Below are positions 1 through 10,025 of a stretch of DNA of 64,000 nt, in pieces; position 1 is the first letter of the stretch, and each line of letters begins with the position of its first letter. The stretch is from positions 44,864 to 108,863 of the forward strand of contig SLTG01000001.1 of assembly GCA_007130045.1 (NCBI GenBank). Direction: 5' to 3'. The notes under the pieces are model-generated. The model had not been told where the DNA came from and ran no database searches. It saw nothing but the letters and a program-made list of their open reading frames with translations. The stretch comes from Opitutales bacterium (lineage in GTDB: Bacteria > Verrucomicrobiota > Verrucomicrobiia > Opitutales > T3Sed10-336). The position numbers were made by a program, and so were the translations under genes.

Positions 1-703
1 AGAGGCATCCATCCACCTGATGGTGTCGGGCGCCTCGTTTGTTATCCTGCCGAGCAGCCAGGACCACAAGCGGATCGGAGAGAACGACACCGGTCCCAAC
101 ACCGGCGGGATGGGAGCCTATTCCCCGGCCGAGCTGGTCGATTCAGCCATGCTCGAAACGATTCGCGACGGCATCGCCCGGCCATCGGTCGATGCGATCG
201 CCCGGGAAGGACTGGATTTCCGCGGCACGCTGTACATCGGGCTCATGCTGACCGCGTCGGGCCCCAGGGTCCTTGAGCTCAACGTCCGTTTCGGCGATCC
301 GGAAACCCAGGTGATCCTGCCGCGAATGGAAACCGATCCTCTCGAACTCATGCTCGCCTGCGCAAAAGGCGGGCCCGTGCCCGAGACATTGAAAACTCGT
401 CCGGAGAGCGCCATGTGCGTCGTCATCTCCGCCGGCGGTTATCCTGGAAACTACCGGAAGGGCGACACGATAGACCTGCCGAAGCCACTGCCGCGCGACA
501 CGTTCGTTTTTCATGCCGGAACCGTGCGCGAGCCGAACGGAACCCTGAAAACCGCCGGGGGCCGCGTGCTGGGTGTTACGGCGATCGCGCGAACCCTCGC
601 CGATGCCGCCCGCGATGCCTACGCCGCATGCGACCGGATCCGCTTCTCCGGTATGTATTTTCGCCGGGATATCGGAGCGAAACAGCTATCCAGGCAATCG
701 TGA
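1..703 (+). CDS. purD: Phosphoribosylamine--glycine ligase (GAR synthetase), C-terminal part; 5' end lies outside the window
   Basis: Frame open from the window edge (ORF track 20..703). PurD/ATP-grasp blocks 'NTGGMGAYSPA', 'LELNVRFGDPETQ' and 'TAGGRVLGVTA'. Confidence 0.9.
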   Translation, partial: EASIHLMVSGASFVILPSSQDHKRIGENDTGPNTGGMGAYSPAELVDSAMLETIRDGIARPSVDAIAREGLDFRGTLYIGLMLTASGPRVLELNVRFGDPETQVILPRMETDPLELMLACAKGGPVPETLKTRPESAMCVVISAGGYPGNYRKGDTIDLPKPLPRDTFVFHAGTVREPNGTLKTAGGRVLGVTAIARTLADAARDAYAACDRIRFSGMYFRRDIGAKQLSRQS

Positions 704-854
704 TCGGAACAATTGACGGCCGGTTCGCCGAATACACAAGCGGAACAGCAATCCGCGAAGAATGTCGCAATGCACGTCGTCCGCCGCCAAGACACTCTCC
801 TCGCGGGGCTTTCCTCTTGTCCGGAACTGGTGTAAAGTGACCAAGGAATTTTTC

Positions 855-1877
855 ATGAAGACTACTGTAATCCGTTCGATCATCCCTCTCCTGGGGTCCG
901 CCATTCTCGGCGCTTCATTATGCGCGCAGGAAACCGACGAAACCGCCGTGGTCCGGGATTTGTGGAATACACCCGACATATTTCCTCCCGAATTCTTCCC
1001 TGAAGCCGATACCCTGACGAAGAACGACATTTTTATCGAGGGATTGAAAAGCTATTTCCCCAACCGCGTTTACCGGGAAAGGCCCGAACTGAACCCGGGT
1101 CCCGACACGGAACCGCGCATCGAGAACATGATGGCGGGCGTCACGTATATCCGTGTCTATAATCTCGCGTCCGCTCTGCCGATCCTCGAACGGGAACTTC
1201 CCAACGGAACTCTGGTCATCGACCTCCGCAACGTTCAGGCCGATCGTGATCGCGCGCTTCAATTCTGTTCGCTGCTCGCGATCGACGAAGGGATCACGCT
1301 TTCGCTGATCGAGCTCCACCAGGCGGAGGATTCGGACGCCACCGGTGAGACTCTGGCCATCGAGCCCGCGGTGATCCGCCGTCCGCTGCAGCCTGTCTTT
1401 ACGCTCACCAACCGGGACACCGCCGGCCCGGTCGAGGCGGTTCTCGCGGAATTAAAGGACCGGGGGCAGATTATTTCGATCGGAACGTCCACGGCCGGAA
1501 GAACAGGTTCCTTCCGGCGGGTGATGGAAGACCCTTCACTCTACGTCCTCAGCGGAGAGTTGCGGCCGGGATCCGGGGTTTCCCTCCTCAAGACCGGTTT
1601 TGTTCCGTCGGTAAACATCGCGGTTTCTCCGGATGACGACAGGGCGGCCTACCAGGCGATGGAGGACGGGAAATCACTCCGCGCACTCGTTCGATCGGAA
1701 AACGACCACAACAGTGACGACCTTGTCGAGGCACTCGGTTTTCAGGAGTTGCTCGAACAGGACGACACCCCCTCCGAAGAAGACGCGGGTATCGTTGATC
1801 CGATCCTCCAGCGCGCTTATTTCATTGCGACGGCGCTGAAGTCGATCGGGAAGATCCCGGCTCCCGAGTCGAACTGA
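855..1877 (+). CDS. Secreted S41 (C-terminal processing peptidase)-like protein with an apparently substituted Ser/Lys dyad
   Basis: ORF 762..1877. The internal ATG at 855 gives the signal peptide 'MKTTVIRSIIPLLGSAILGASLCAQE'. S41-like blocks: 'YIRVYN', 'LVIDLRN', 'TLTNRDTAGPVEAVLAELKD..IGTSTAGRTG' and 'GFVPSVNI'. Confidence 0.6.
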   Translation: MKTTVIRSIIPLLGSAILGASLCAQETDETAVVRDLWNTPDIFPPEFFPEADTLTKNDIFIEGLKSYFPNRVYRERPELNPGPDTEPRIENMMAGVTYIRVYNLASALPILERELPNGTLVIDLRNVQADRDRALQFCSLLAIDEGITLSLIELHQAEDSDATGETLAIEPAVIRRPLQPVFTLTNRDTAGPVEAVLAELKDRGQIISIGTSTAGRTGSFRRVMEDPSLYVLSGELRPGSGVSLLKTGFVPSVNIAVSPDDDRAAYQAMEDGKSLRALVRSENDHNSDDLVEALGFQELLEQDDTPSEEDAGIVDPILQRAYFIATALKSIGKIPAPESN

Positions 1878-1880
1878 TCC

Positions 1881-2360
1881 ATGTCGAATTTTCCCGGAAA
1901 GATTCTGTTCGTCTGCACGGCAAATATCTGCCGGAGCCCGATGGCCCAAAAGCTTCTCGAACACGCGCTGAAAAACGAATCCCCTCCATTGTCCTCGGCG
2001 GAAGTCGATTCGGCGGGCGTCGCCGCCTATCCCGGGGACCGCGCCTCGGAGAACGCAGTGCTCGCCCTGAAAAAAGTCGGCATCGATCTCGCGGACCACC
2101 GCAGCCGGATCGTTTCAGCCAGTCTCCTCGAGGAATCCGCCGTCGTATTCTCAATGACCGAAAACCACCGGCAAATTCTGACCACCCATTTTTCGAAACT
2201 GCCCGAACACCTCTATTTGATGCGCGAATTTCTTTCTTCGGAAGAAGGAAACGAGATTCCGGATCCCTTCGGCGCGGACCTAAGGGCTTACGAAGCCTGC
2301 CGCGACAGCATGGTCGAAGCGATCCCGCCTATCCTGCGATTTCTCCGAACGCTCACCTGA
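1881..2360 (+). CDS. Low-molecular-weight protein-tyrosine phosphatase family protein
   Basis: N-terminal CX5R P-loop 'ILFVCTANICRSPMAQ' and a distal 'IPDPFG' Asp loop. The 159 aa size is typical of the family. Confidence 0.85.
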   Translation: MSNFPGKILFVCTANICRSPMAQKLLEHALKNESPPLSSAEVDSAGVAAYPGDRASENAVLALKKVGIDLADHRSRIVSASLLEESAVVFSMTENHRQILTTHFSKLPEHLYLMREFLSSEEGNEIPDPFGADLRAYEACRDSMVEAIPPILRFLRTLT

Positions 2361-2426
2361 AATCGCGGGCTCTTTTTCATCAGGGCCGCGAAAATCCCCT
2401 TTACGTCGTTCCGTTTTTGTAGGACC

Positions 2427-3719
2427 GTGGTTTCTTCACAAATTATGACCGTTGCAGACAACAGCATCACCCTCTCATCCGCCGGTTTATCCGATCTGGA
2501 CCCGGATATCTCCGCGGCCATTCAATCGGAACGCGACCGGCAACAGAATCACATCGAGCTGATCGCCTCGGAGAACTTCACCCTTCCGGCGGTAATGGAA
2601 GCGCAGGGCAGCGTGCTCACCAACAAGTACGCCGAAGGCTACCCCGGCAAACGCTGGTACGGAGGCTGCGAGCATGTTGACGTCGTCGAACGGCTTGCGA
2701 TCAAGCGGGCCAAAGCCCTGTTCGGGGCGGAACACGCCAACGTTCAGCCTCATTCGGGAAGCCAGGCGAACACCGCCGTCTACCTTGCCGCGCTCAAGCC
2801 CGGGGACAAGATACTTACCATGAATCTGAGCCACGGCGGACACCTGACTCACGGTCACCCGATGAACTTTAGCGGCAAGTTCTTCGAGGTCGTCAACTAC
2901 GGAGTCAGCAAGAACGACGAGCACATCGATTACGACGAGATAGCCGAGGTCGCCGCCCGCGAGAAACCCGCCATGATCACCGTCGGCGCCTCCGCTTACT
3001 CCCGTGTAATCGACTTCGAACGCATGGCAAAAATCGCCCGGGACTGCGGCGCGCTGCTTCTGGCCGACATCGCGCATATCGCCGGACTCGTGGCCGCCGG
3101 TCTGCATCCTTCCCCGGTGCCCCACGCCGACTTTACCACGACCACCACACACAAAACCCTTCGGGGCCCGAGGGGCGGCCTGATCCTTTGTTCAGGGGAA
3201 CATGCCAAAGCCATTGACTCCTCGGTGTTTCCGGGCGTCCAGGGAGGCCCGCTCATGCACGTCATCGCGGCCAAAGCAGTCTGCTTCGGCCAGGCCGCCA
3301 AACCGGAATTCAAGAAATACCAGCAACAGGTCGTCTCCAATGCGAAAACCCTCGCGGAAGGAATGAGCTCACGCGGCTTTCGAATCGTGAGCGGCGGTAC
3401 GGACAATCACCTGATGATGATTGACTTGCGTGACAAGAATCCCGATCTCACGGGCAAGAAAGCCCAGGAGGCGCTTGATCGGGCACACATTACCTGCAAC
3501 AAGAACACCATTCCGTTCGAGACCCGCAGCCCGTTTCAGGCGAGTGGAATCCGCTTGGGAACCCCTGCGGTGACATCACGCGGAATGGGCGAATCGGAGA
3601 TGCTGGAGATCGCGGAAGCGATCAATCTCGTTCTCAGTCAACCTAATGCGGATGAATCGATCACGGAGGCAAGAGAGAAAGCGCTCGCCCTCTGTGAACA
3701 ATTTCCACTTCCTTATTAA
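2427..3719 (+). CDS. glyA: Serine hydroxymethyltransferase
   Basis: Blocks 'ELIASENF', '[18 protein letters not shown]', '[14 protein letters not shown]' (PLP lysine) and '[12 protein letters not shown]'. GTG at 2427; the in-frame ATG at 2445 is an alternative start. Confidence 0.95.
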   Translation: MVSSQIMTVADNSITLSSAGLSDLDPDISAAIQSERDRQQNHIELIASENFTLPAVMEAQGSVLTNKYAEGYPGKRWYGGCEHVDVVERLAIKRAKALFGAEHANVQPHSGSQANTAVYLAALKPGDKILTMNLSHGGHLTHGHPMNFSGKFFEVVNYGVSKNDEHIDYDEIAEVAAREKPAMITVGASAYSRVIDFERMAKIARDCGALLLADIAHIAGLVAAGLHPSPVPHADFTTTTTHKTLRGPRGGLILCSGEHAKAIDSSVFPGVQGGPLMHVIAAKAVCFGQAAKPEFKKYQQQVVSNAKTLAEGMSSRGFRIVSGGTDNHLMMIDLRDKNPDLTGKKAQEALDRAHITCNKNTIPFETRSPFQASGIRLGTPAVTSRGMGESEMLEIAEAINLVLSQPNADESITEAREKALALCEQFPLPY

Positions 3720-3946
3720 TTTTCAGCTTGCAACCGGGAATATTTGTGGCAAGTTTTTTATAACTTGAAACTTCTTAACGCTTATTGTTTAGATGGGAAC
3801 AGAAAAAATTTGAGCAATGATTAACGGTGAATGTCGCCTCGTCTAGTGATAAGCCTTTTAGTAACGATCAAACAGATAACAACTCACCGGCTCACTCCCA
3901 TCGAATAAGTAAAACATCAATCCATAAACTTAATCCAACACAGTAT

Positions 3947-4678
3947 ATGAACATCCATCCCAAAAAGGGCTTCACCCTGATTGAACTTCTCACCGTTATC
4001 GCGATCATCGGCATCCTTGCCTCGATCCTCATTCCTACCGTGAGTAAGGTCCGGGAAAGTGCGCGAAGAACGATCGACTCGAGTAATATCAGGCAGGTCG
4101 GGCAAGGCGCGCTGATCTATGCCAACGATAACCGGGAACAGCTTCCCGGCCCGAATATGGTCGTCAGGTTCCAGGGGGACAACGAGCAGGAAATTAACAG
4201 CATCCACTTTTACGCCGCGGCTCTGGCTGTCGGCGGCGGGTTGAATGATGCCGAAATCTGGGTGTCCGGCAGCGACGGCAGCGCCAACCTCCTGCGCAAC
4301 CCCTCGACCGTTCTTAATGCCCAACGCAACGGGCTCAATACCGATGGTACGCCTGGCTTTGGCTCTGCGGACCTTTCGTTCGCGGTGTTCGGAGGGCTCA
4401 ATATGGGCCATCGTTCGACCACGCCGATCGCCTGGACCCGCGGGCTTCAAACAAACGGCAATTGGGCCAACGATAGTGTGTACAGGGGCGACGGCGGACA
4501 CATCGTATTCATGGGCGGCAACGTTAAGTGGCAGCGGAACCTGACCGGTGACAACCGAGTGATCGATGCAACGAGCGGAGAACGGACCACGAACCTCGGT
4601 GACACTGTTCGCGATGGTGATAATATCCGCGTCTGGGGTCAGGGCGACGGTCACGATACACTCGGTCATGGCGGATGA
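3947..4678 (+). CDS. Prepilin-type N-terminal cleavage/methylation domain protein (PVC-style pseudopilin-like, DUF1559-like)
   Basis: ORF 3827..4678. The ATG at 3947 gives 'MNIHPKKGFTLIELLTVIAIIGILASILIP', a class III signal. The C-terminal 'GGHIVFMGGNVKW' resembles the H-X9-DG block. A sampled 100 nt is about 51% GC. Confidence 0.8.
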   Translation: MNIHPKKGFTLIELLTVIAIIGILASILIPTVSKVRESARRTIDSSNIRQVGQGALIYANDNREQLPGPNMVVRFQGDNEQEINSIHFYAAALAVGGGLNDAEIWVSGSDGSANLLRNPSTVLNAQRNGLNTDGTPGFGSADLSFAVFGGLNMGHRSTTPIAWTRGLQTNGNWANDSVYRGDGGHIVFMGGNVKWQRNLTGDNRVIDATSGERTTNLGDTVRDGDNIRVWGQGDGHDTLGHGG

Positions 4679-4753
4679 CGACGACGTGGCGGGGCTGGGT
4701 TTAACAGCCTCCCACTGAGAGAAATTTCTCTCCTGAAAACAATTAACAACCGT

Positions 4754-4787
4754 AAAAAAGGCCGGGGTGCATACCCGGCCTTTTTTT
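4754..4787 (+). terminator. Rho-independent terminator downstream of the pseudopilin-like gene
   Basis: The sequence is 'aaaaaaGGCCGGGgtgcataCCCGGCCttttttt': a 7-bp GC stem, a 7-nt loop and a T7 run. Confidence 0.8.
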
Positions 4788-4893
4788 GGGGAATACGGCA
4801 TCGACGGTGTCCAACGGGCACCGACCGATCTGAAGGGAGGGTGTACCGATATCGGTGTTGCAAAGACTCAAGTCCCACATTTTCCTTAAACGC

Positions 4894-6588
4894 ATGCCCG
4901 ATGCACCCACCTACATTATCGGTCACAAGAATCCCGACGCCGATTCGATTTGCGCCGCAATCGCCTATTCCGACTTCAAACGCAGGCACGGAAACGAGCG
5001 TTGCATCGCCGCGCGCTGCGGCAATTCCAACGCCCGGATCGACGTCATACTCGATCGATTCGGCGTTCAGCTTCCCTTGTTCCTCGGCGACGTGACCCCC
5101 CGCATCCGCGACATTATGGTACGGGAGGTGATCAAAATTCATCGCGGGGCCACCTGCGCCGAAGCCCTGGAACTCATCGACACCCACGACATCCGAATCC
5201 TGCCCGTGATCGATTCCGAAAACCGCCTGGACGGAACCGTCTCCATCTTCCAGCTCGGCGAATACTTTATTCCCAAGATACGCGAGCCGAAGGAAATGCG
5301 ACGGGTCCATGCCACGTCGGTCAACTCGATCATACGGTCCCTGAAAGCGCGCGTGCTCCACTCGGTGAACGAAGAGCGCAGCGAGGATCTCTTTGTCCGC
5401 ATCGGCGCCATGGATATCCGCTCCTTCGGAAGATTCTCGGAAACGGAAGCCATCGCGCCAGACAAGAGCGTGATCGTCGTCGGTGATCGCCGGGACATCC
5501 AGGAGCACTCCATCCGAATGGGTGTGCGATTGCTGGTGATTACCGGAGGGCTTGATCTCGAAGAGGATATTGTGCGAATGGCGCGTGATCGCGGAACCAG
5601 CCTGATCGTCAGCCCCTACGATTCCGCCACGACGGCCTGGAGTATCCGGTGCGCCTCGACGCTCGACCGCCTGGTCGAGAAGGACTCACCGCGCTTCAGT
5701 CCCGACCAAAGTCTCCGTGATATCAAAAAAAGGATTACCGCTCACAACGCCGCCGCCTTCATCGTCACCGACGATACCGGCGGACTCCTCGGAATCTTTA
5801 CAAAGACTGACATTCTCAAGCCGGTCCAAACACGGCTTATCCTGGTCGATCATAACGAATTGACCCAGGCAGTCACGGGTGCTGCGGAAGTCAATATCGT
5901 CGAGATCGTCGATCACCACCGCCTTGGCAACCTGCACACCAACCAACCCATCCTCTTTCTGAACGAGCCTGTCGGATCCACCTGCACCATCATCGCCGAT
6001 TTATACCGGCGCGAGGGACTCGATCCCTCTCGGGAGATTGCCGGCATCATGATGAGCGGAATAATTTCCGACACTTTGAACCTGAACAGTCCCACGGCCA
6101 CCGCCAAGGACAGGAGCCTTCTGAAATGGCTCTCCACTCTCGCCGGAATCGAATCGGACGATCTCGCGGACATCATCTTCAGTTCCGGATCAGTCATCCT
6201 AAGCCATTCACCGGCCGAAGTGATCCGGAGCGACTATAAGATCTACGAGGAGACCGGACGGCGTTTCTCCGTCTCCCAGGTCGAGGAGCTTGGATTCGGC
6301 AATTTCCGGGAAAAATCCGATGCGTTGCTAGTCGCTTTGGAGGATCTGAAAAAGGAGGAGAAACTTCACTTTTCCGCTCTCCTCGTCACCGACATCAACA
6401 CCCAGAACTCCCTTCTCCTGATCCGCGGCGATCCCGATTTCATCCAGCGCATTCCCTTCCCCGCTCATGAAAAAGGGGAAAGCTTCGAGCTTCATGGTGT
6501 CGTCAGCCGGAAGAAACAACTGATTCCTTTCCTGATCGGGCTCATGCAAAGTATTCCCGAATTGGAGGAAAAGACGGGCGGCCTATAG
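4894..6588 (+). CDS. CBS-domain-containing family II (DHH/DHHA2) inorganic pyrophosphatase-like protein
   Basis: ORF 4855..6588, with an ATG at 4894. DHH N-terminus 'IIGHKNPDADSICAAIAY', an inserted CBS-pair region, 'VDHHRLG', and DHHA2 block 'GIISDTLNLNSPTAT'. Confidence 0.8.
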   Translation: MPDAPTYIIGHKNPDADSICAAIAYSDFKRRHGNERCIAARCGNSNARIDVILDRFGVQLPLFLGDVTPRIRDIMVREVIKIHRGATCAEALELIDTHDIRILPVIDSENRLDGTVSIFQLGEYFIPKIREPKEMRRVHATSVNSIIRSLKARVLHSVNEERSEDLFVRIGAMDIRSFGRFSETEAIAPDKSVIVVGDRRDIQEHSIRMGVRLLVITGGLDLEEDIVRMARDRGTSLIVSPYDSATTAWSIRCASTLDRLVEKDSPRFSPDQSLRDIKKRITAHNAAAFIVTDDTGGLLGIFTKTDILKPVQTRLILVDHNELTQAVTGAAEVNIVEIVDHHRLGNLHTNQPILFLNEPVGSTCTIIADLYRREGLDPSREIAGIMMSGIISDTLNLNSPTATAKDRSLLKWLSTLAGIESDDLADIIFSSGSVILSHSPAEVIRSDYKIYEETGRRFSVSQVEELGFGNFREKSDALLVALEDLKKEEKLHFSALLVTDINTQNSLLLIRGDPDFIQRIPFPAHEKGESFELHGVVSRKKQLIPFLIGLMQSIPELEEKTGGL

Positions 6589-6706
6589 GCTCGGAACTCC
6601 ACCGCGTCGCGTTTTGTTATCCGCCGGAGCCTCGTGCAGGGTGTGTCTTCGCACCCGTCGTCAATGCATTCATCGCAATCGGAAATACCGCAAGCCGCGC
6701 CCGAAT

Positions 6707-6736
6707 TGTTAACCCACCTGAATTTTCCGCTTAACA
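6707..6736. promoter_or_regulatory. Candidate BirA-type biotin operator upstream of bioA
   Basis: Inverted repeat 'ATTGTTAACC'-N-'GCTTAACATT' (TGTTAAC-N16-cTTAACA, 6/7 complementary), 77 nt upstream of the bioA ATG. It matches the known TGTnAAC-N14-16-GTTnACA operator architecture. Confidence 0.45.
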
Positions 6737-6812
6737 TTCATGTCGTCACCCTCTAAAAGCAGACGAACAATGGAACTCTTTCCCCGTAAAGAGGGTTGGG
6801 AATCAATACATC

Positions 6813-8210
6813 ATGCCGGCAAACAAATCCGATGCAACACCCGAAGGCGATCCGACTCAATGGGATCGCGATCACTCCTGGCATCCGTTTTCCCAGATGC
6901 AGGAGTACCTTCAGTTCCCGCCCGTCCACATCGCATCCGGCCGGGGCTGCTGGTTGACCGATACACAGGGGAAGCGCTATCTGGACGCAACCGCATCCAT
7001 CTGGACCAACGTCCACGGGCACAACGACCCGGACCTGAACGCGGCAATCACGGACCAGCTTGGAAAAGTCGCCCACACAACCATGCTCGGTATCAGCCAT
7101 CCCGCCGGCGCCGAGCTCGCCCGCAAGCTTGCCTCGATTGCTCCCGGCGACCTCACCCGCTCGTTTTTCAGCGACACCGGCGCGAACGCGGTCGAGATCG
7201 CCCTCAAGATGTCCCTGCAATATTGGCAGCTCAGGGGACACAAATCCAAGGACCGGGTGATCGGCCTGCGGGACGCCTATCACGGCGACACGATGGCCGC
7301 CATGGCCGTGGGTGACTCGAAGACCTTCCATCATCGTTTCCGTTCCTGGTTTTTTAACACAATCAAACTCCCGCGCCCCGAATGCGAGGAACGCGGCGGA
7401 CGTATTATCCACGCCGACGACCGTTGGAGCATCAAGATCCTGCGCAAGCTCCTCGAAAGGCAGGCTGAGAAAGTGACGGCCGTCATCATGGAACCCTCGG
7501 TCATGGGCGCCGCGGGAATGCGCCTGCATCCGCCGGGGTTTCTGAAAAAGGTCGCCGATCTCTGCCGTGAATTCTCCGTTCACCTGATTCTTGACGAAAT
7601 CTTTGTCGGTTTCGGGCGCACCGGGCCGATGCTGGTTTGCGCGGAAGACGGCGTGACCCCTGATTTCCTCTGCCTGGCCAAAGGGCTCAGCGGCGGATAC
7701 CTGCCGCTTGCCGCCACCGTCGTTCGCGAACCCATCTACGAAGCCTTCCTCGGCCCCTTCGAAGATTTTCGCGCTTTCTTTCACGGTCACACGTTCACGG
7801 GAAACCCCCTCGCGGCCGCCGTTTCCCTCACCAGCATCAGGAAGCTCGAACCCATGATCGCTTCGGGTGAGATCCGCCGAAAGGTTGAAGTCTTCGGCAG
7901 GATGGTCACCGAACATTTCGAGAATCATCCGCATGTCGCGGCGATCCGGCAACGGGGGTTGTGCGCGGCGATTGACCTGGTCGCGGATCGCGAATCCGGC
8001 GCTTCGTTCCCTGTCCCGGAACGCTTCGGCATTCAGGTTGCCTTGCGCGCCCGCGATCTCGGATTGTTGCTCCGTCCGATCCACGACACGCTGCTGCTGG
8101 TTCCGCCGCTTTCCGTCACCGGGGAAGAGATTCGATTCCTCGTTGAGAAGACCCTTTCCGCTCTCGACGCAAGCCTCGCCGTCCGCCACGTGGCGGCGCC
8201 GGCTCATTAA
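6813..8210 (+). CDS. bioA: Adenosylmethionine-8-amino-7-oxononanoate aminotransferase
   Basis: Class III PLP aminotransferase blocks 'HSWHPFSQM', 'LDEIFVGFGRTG' and 'LAKGLSGGYLPLAAT'. It is the first gene of the bio cluster. Confidence 0.9.
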   Translation: MPANKSDATPEGDPTQWDRDHSWHPFSQMQEYLQFPPVHIASGRGCWLTDTQGKRYLDATASIWTNVHGHNDPDLNAAITDQLGKVAHTTMLGISHPAGAELARKLASIAPGDLTRSFFSDTGANAVEIALKMSLQYWQLRGHKSKDRVIGLRDAYHGDTMAAMAVGDSKTFHHRFRSWFFNTIKLPRPECEERGGRIIHADDRWSIKILRKLLERQAEKVTAVIMEPSVMGAAGMRLHPPGFLKKVADLCREFSVHLILDEIFVGFGRTGPMLVCAEDGVTPDFLCLAKGLSGGYLPLAATVVREPIYEAFLGPFEDFRAFFHGHTFTGNPLAAAVSLTSIRKLEPMIASGEIRRKVEVFGRMVTEHFENHPHVAAIRQRGLCAAIDLVADRESGASFPVPERFGIQVALRARDLGLLLRPIHDTLLLVPPLSVTGEEIRFLVEKTLSALDASLAVRHVAAPAH

Positions 8211-8213
8211 CAA

Positions 8214-9227
8214 ATGCAACTCACACCGCTGATACCGGAACCCATGCCAAACCAATACACGTTCGACGAAATCCGGGAGATCCACGACCTCCCGTTCACC
8301 ACCTTGATTTTTCGCGCCCAGCAGATCCACCAGAAGTTCCAGGATCCGGCCGGTGTCCAACTCTGCACACTGCAATCGATCAAGACCGGCCAATGTCCCG
8401 AGAACTGCAAGTACTGCCCGCAGTCGGCGCATTACGACACCCCCGTCGATGCCGAGCCGCTGATGGACAGCGAAGACATCACCGGAAAGGCGGCCGAAGC
8501 CAAAGCGGGCGGAGCATCCCGTTTCTGTATGGGCGCCGCGTGGCGGGACGTCCGGGACGGCCCCCAATTCGACTCCGTCCTCGACACAGTCCGGAAAGTG
8601 TCGGACATGGGGCTGGAGGTGTGCTGCACCATGGGGATGCTTCGCGAAGACCAGGCCGTGCGCCTAAAAGAAGCCGGATGTGCCGTTTACAACCATAACC
8701 TGGATACATCGCGCGAGTTCTACCCGGAGATCATCACCACCCGCACCTACGACGACCGGCTTCAGACATTGAAAAATGTCCGCAAGGCAGGGCTCGAAGT
8801 CTGCGCCGGGGGCATTCTCGGCATGGGCGAAAGCACCGAGGATCGCCTCAGGCTCCTCATGGAACTCGCCGATCTCGATCCCCACCCCGACTCCGTCCCG
8901 ATCAACGCGCTCGTGCCGGTTCCGGGCACGCCGCTGGAAAACATGGAGCCGGTTTCCTGTTTCGAATTCGTTCGCATCATCGCCACCGCCCGAATCCTCA
9001 TGCCTCGCAGCATCGTGCGTCTTTCGGCGGGCCGCACGGAAATGAGCGCGGAAGCCCAGGCTCTTTGTTTTCTTGCCGGGGCAAACAGTATCTTCCTCGG
9101 CGAGAAGCTTCTCACAACGCCGAACCCGGAGAAGTCGGAGGATTTTCGCCTGTTGAAGGATCTCGGCTTGTATCCGCTCGATCCGGAAGAAGCCCGGAAT
9201 TTCCACCGGCAGGCCGAACCGGCGTAA
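8214..9227 (+). CDS. bioB: Biotin synthase (radical SAM)
   Basis: 'GQCPENCKYCPQS' CX3CX2C motif and 'RFCMGAAWR', 337 aa. It starts 3 nt after the bioA stop. Confidence 0.95.
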   Translation: MQLTPLIPEPMPNQYTFDEIREIHDLPFTTLIFRAQQIHQKFQDPAGVQLCTLQSIKTGQCPENCKYCPQSAHYDTPVDAEPLMDSEDITGKAAEAKAGGASRFCMGAAWRDVRDGPQFDSVLDTVRKVSDMGLEVCCTMGMLREDQAVRLKEAGCAVYNHNLDTSREFYPEIITTRTYDDRLQTLKNVRKAGLEVCAGGILGMGESTEDRLRLLMELADLDPHPDSVPINALVPVPGTPLENMEPVSCFEFVRIIATARILMPRSIVRLSAGRTEMSAEAQALCFLAGANSIFLGEKLLTTPNPEKSEDFRLLKDLGLYPLDPEEARNFHRQAEPA

Positions 9228-9290
9228 CCGCCTCGTCCACCGCGCCCGGGTCCCCGAGCATTGTGGCCGTTCAACCAGCACGTAACAGCG

Positions 9291-10025
9291 ATGCGCACCT
9301 TGTTCATCAGCGGAAGTGACACCGGCATCGGCAAGACCCGGCTCACCGGAATCCTGGCAGCGTTGCTCCCGGATCCCGGCGAAACCGTTCAGATCGTCAA
9401 GCCCGTGGAAACGGGTCTCCCGGCCGATGTCGAGGGGGACGCCGCAGCCGCCTCAACGCTTGCGCGTGATCGCGGCCGCTTCGCGGACGCGCGCACGCTT
9501 TTCCGGTTTCCCGCCGCGCTCGCGCCGGTGGCGGCCGCCGAGAACGCCGGAAAAGCACTCAAAGCCGCCGAATTGCTCGCTGCGATGAGCCGGCCGCCCG
9601 CCTGCGATTGGCGCTTCGTCGAGGGCGCGGGCGGCATTGCCGTGCCGATTGAAGCGAATGGCTGCGACTGGGCCGATTTTGCCGTGGAACTCGGAATGGT
9701 TCACGTCGTCCTCGTTGTTCCCGACCGCCTCGGAGCAATCAACCAGGGGCGGCTCGCCGCCCATTACGTGCAGAGCAAGGGACTGCGTTTTTCGATGTGG
9801 CTCAATGAGACGGAACCTCAACCGGCCGAGATTCGACGCTCGAACCGGTGCGGGCTGGAGGACGTCGGGATTTCGCCGGTGTTTACTCTCGACCATAACG
9901 CGAACGGCCCGGGAGCGGAAGAATCGGTCAGAGCATTCTACCGGAATGTCCGCGCCCCATTAACTTCGCCCTCACCCGAATCGCCCGGCAAAACGCCAGG
10001 CGGGATCCCGGAATACCAGCTTTGA
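9291..10025 (+). CDS. bioD: Dethiobiotin synthetase
   Basis: ORF 9261..10025. The ATG at 9291 gives 'MRTLFISGSDTGIGKT' (P-loop). Also 'EGAGGIAVP'. Its stop overlaps the bioF TTG start. Confidence 0.85.
   Translation: MRTLFISGSDTGIGKTRLTGILAALLPDPGETVQIVKPVETGLPADVEGDAAAASTLARDRGRFADARTLFRFPAALAPVAAAENAGKALKAAELLAAMSRPPACDWRFVEGAGGIAVPIEANGCDWADFAVELGMVHVVLVVPDRLGAINQGRLAAHYVQSKGLRFSMWLNETEPQPAEIRRSNRCGLEDVGISPVFTLDHNANGPGAEESVRAFYRNVRAPLTSPSPESPGKTPGGIPEYQL

Noticed and set aside
762-854. N-terminal extensions of many tracked ORFs. Examples: 762..854, 3827..3946, 16664..16804, 18315..18359, 21092..21208, 45491..45589, 53750..53860, 63109..63240.
   Set aside because: In each case an internal ATG gives a canonical family N-terminus or signal peptide, while the extension is Arg/Ser-rich or overlaps the neighbouring gene. 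I treated them as ORF-caller artefacts rather than real leader peptides.
2361-2444. Possible riboswitch or leader (ZTP/THF-type) upstream of glyA.
   Set aside because: The region is too short (about 65-85 nt) and lacks the conserved ZTP pseudoknot/'GGGTCGTG...CCGCCTGGGCA' or THF motif sequences.
6753-8567. Very long ORFs antisense or out of frame to clear genes. Examples: 6753..8567 (-) 604 aa over bioA/bioB; 18326..20221 (+) 631 aa over nuoL; 30315..31499 (-); 36479..37606 (+); 38384..39874 (+); 42431..43189 (-).
   Set aside because: They have Arg/Gly/Pro/His-rich low-complexity translations and no motifs, and each overlaps a gene with unmistakable family signatures. Long stop-free antisense frames are expected in high-GC DNA.
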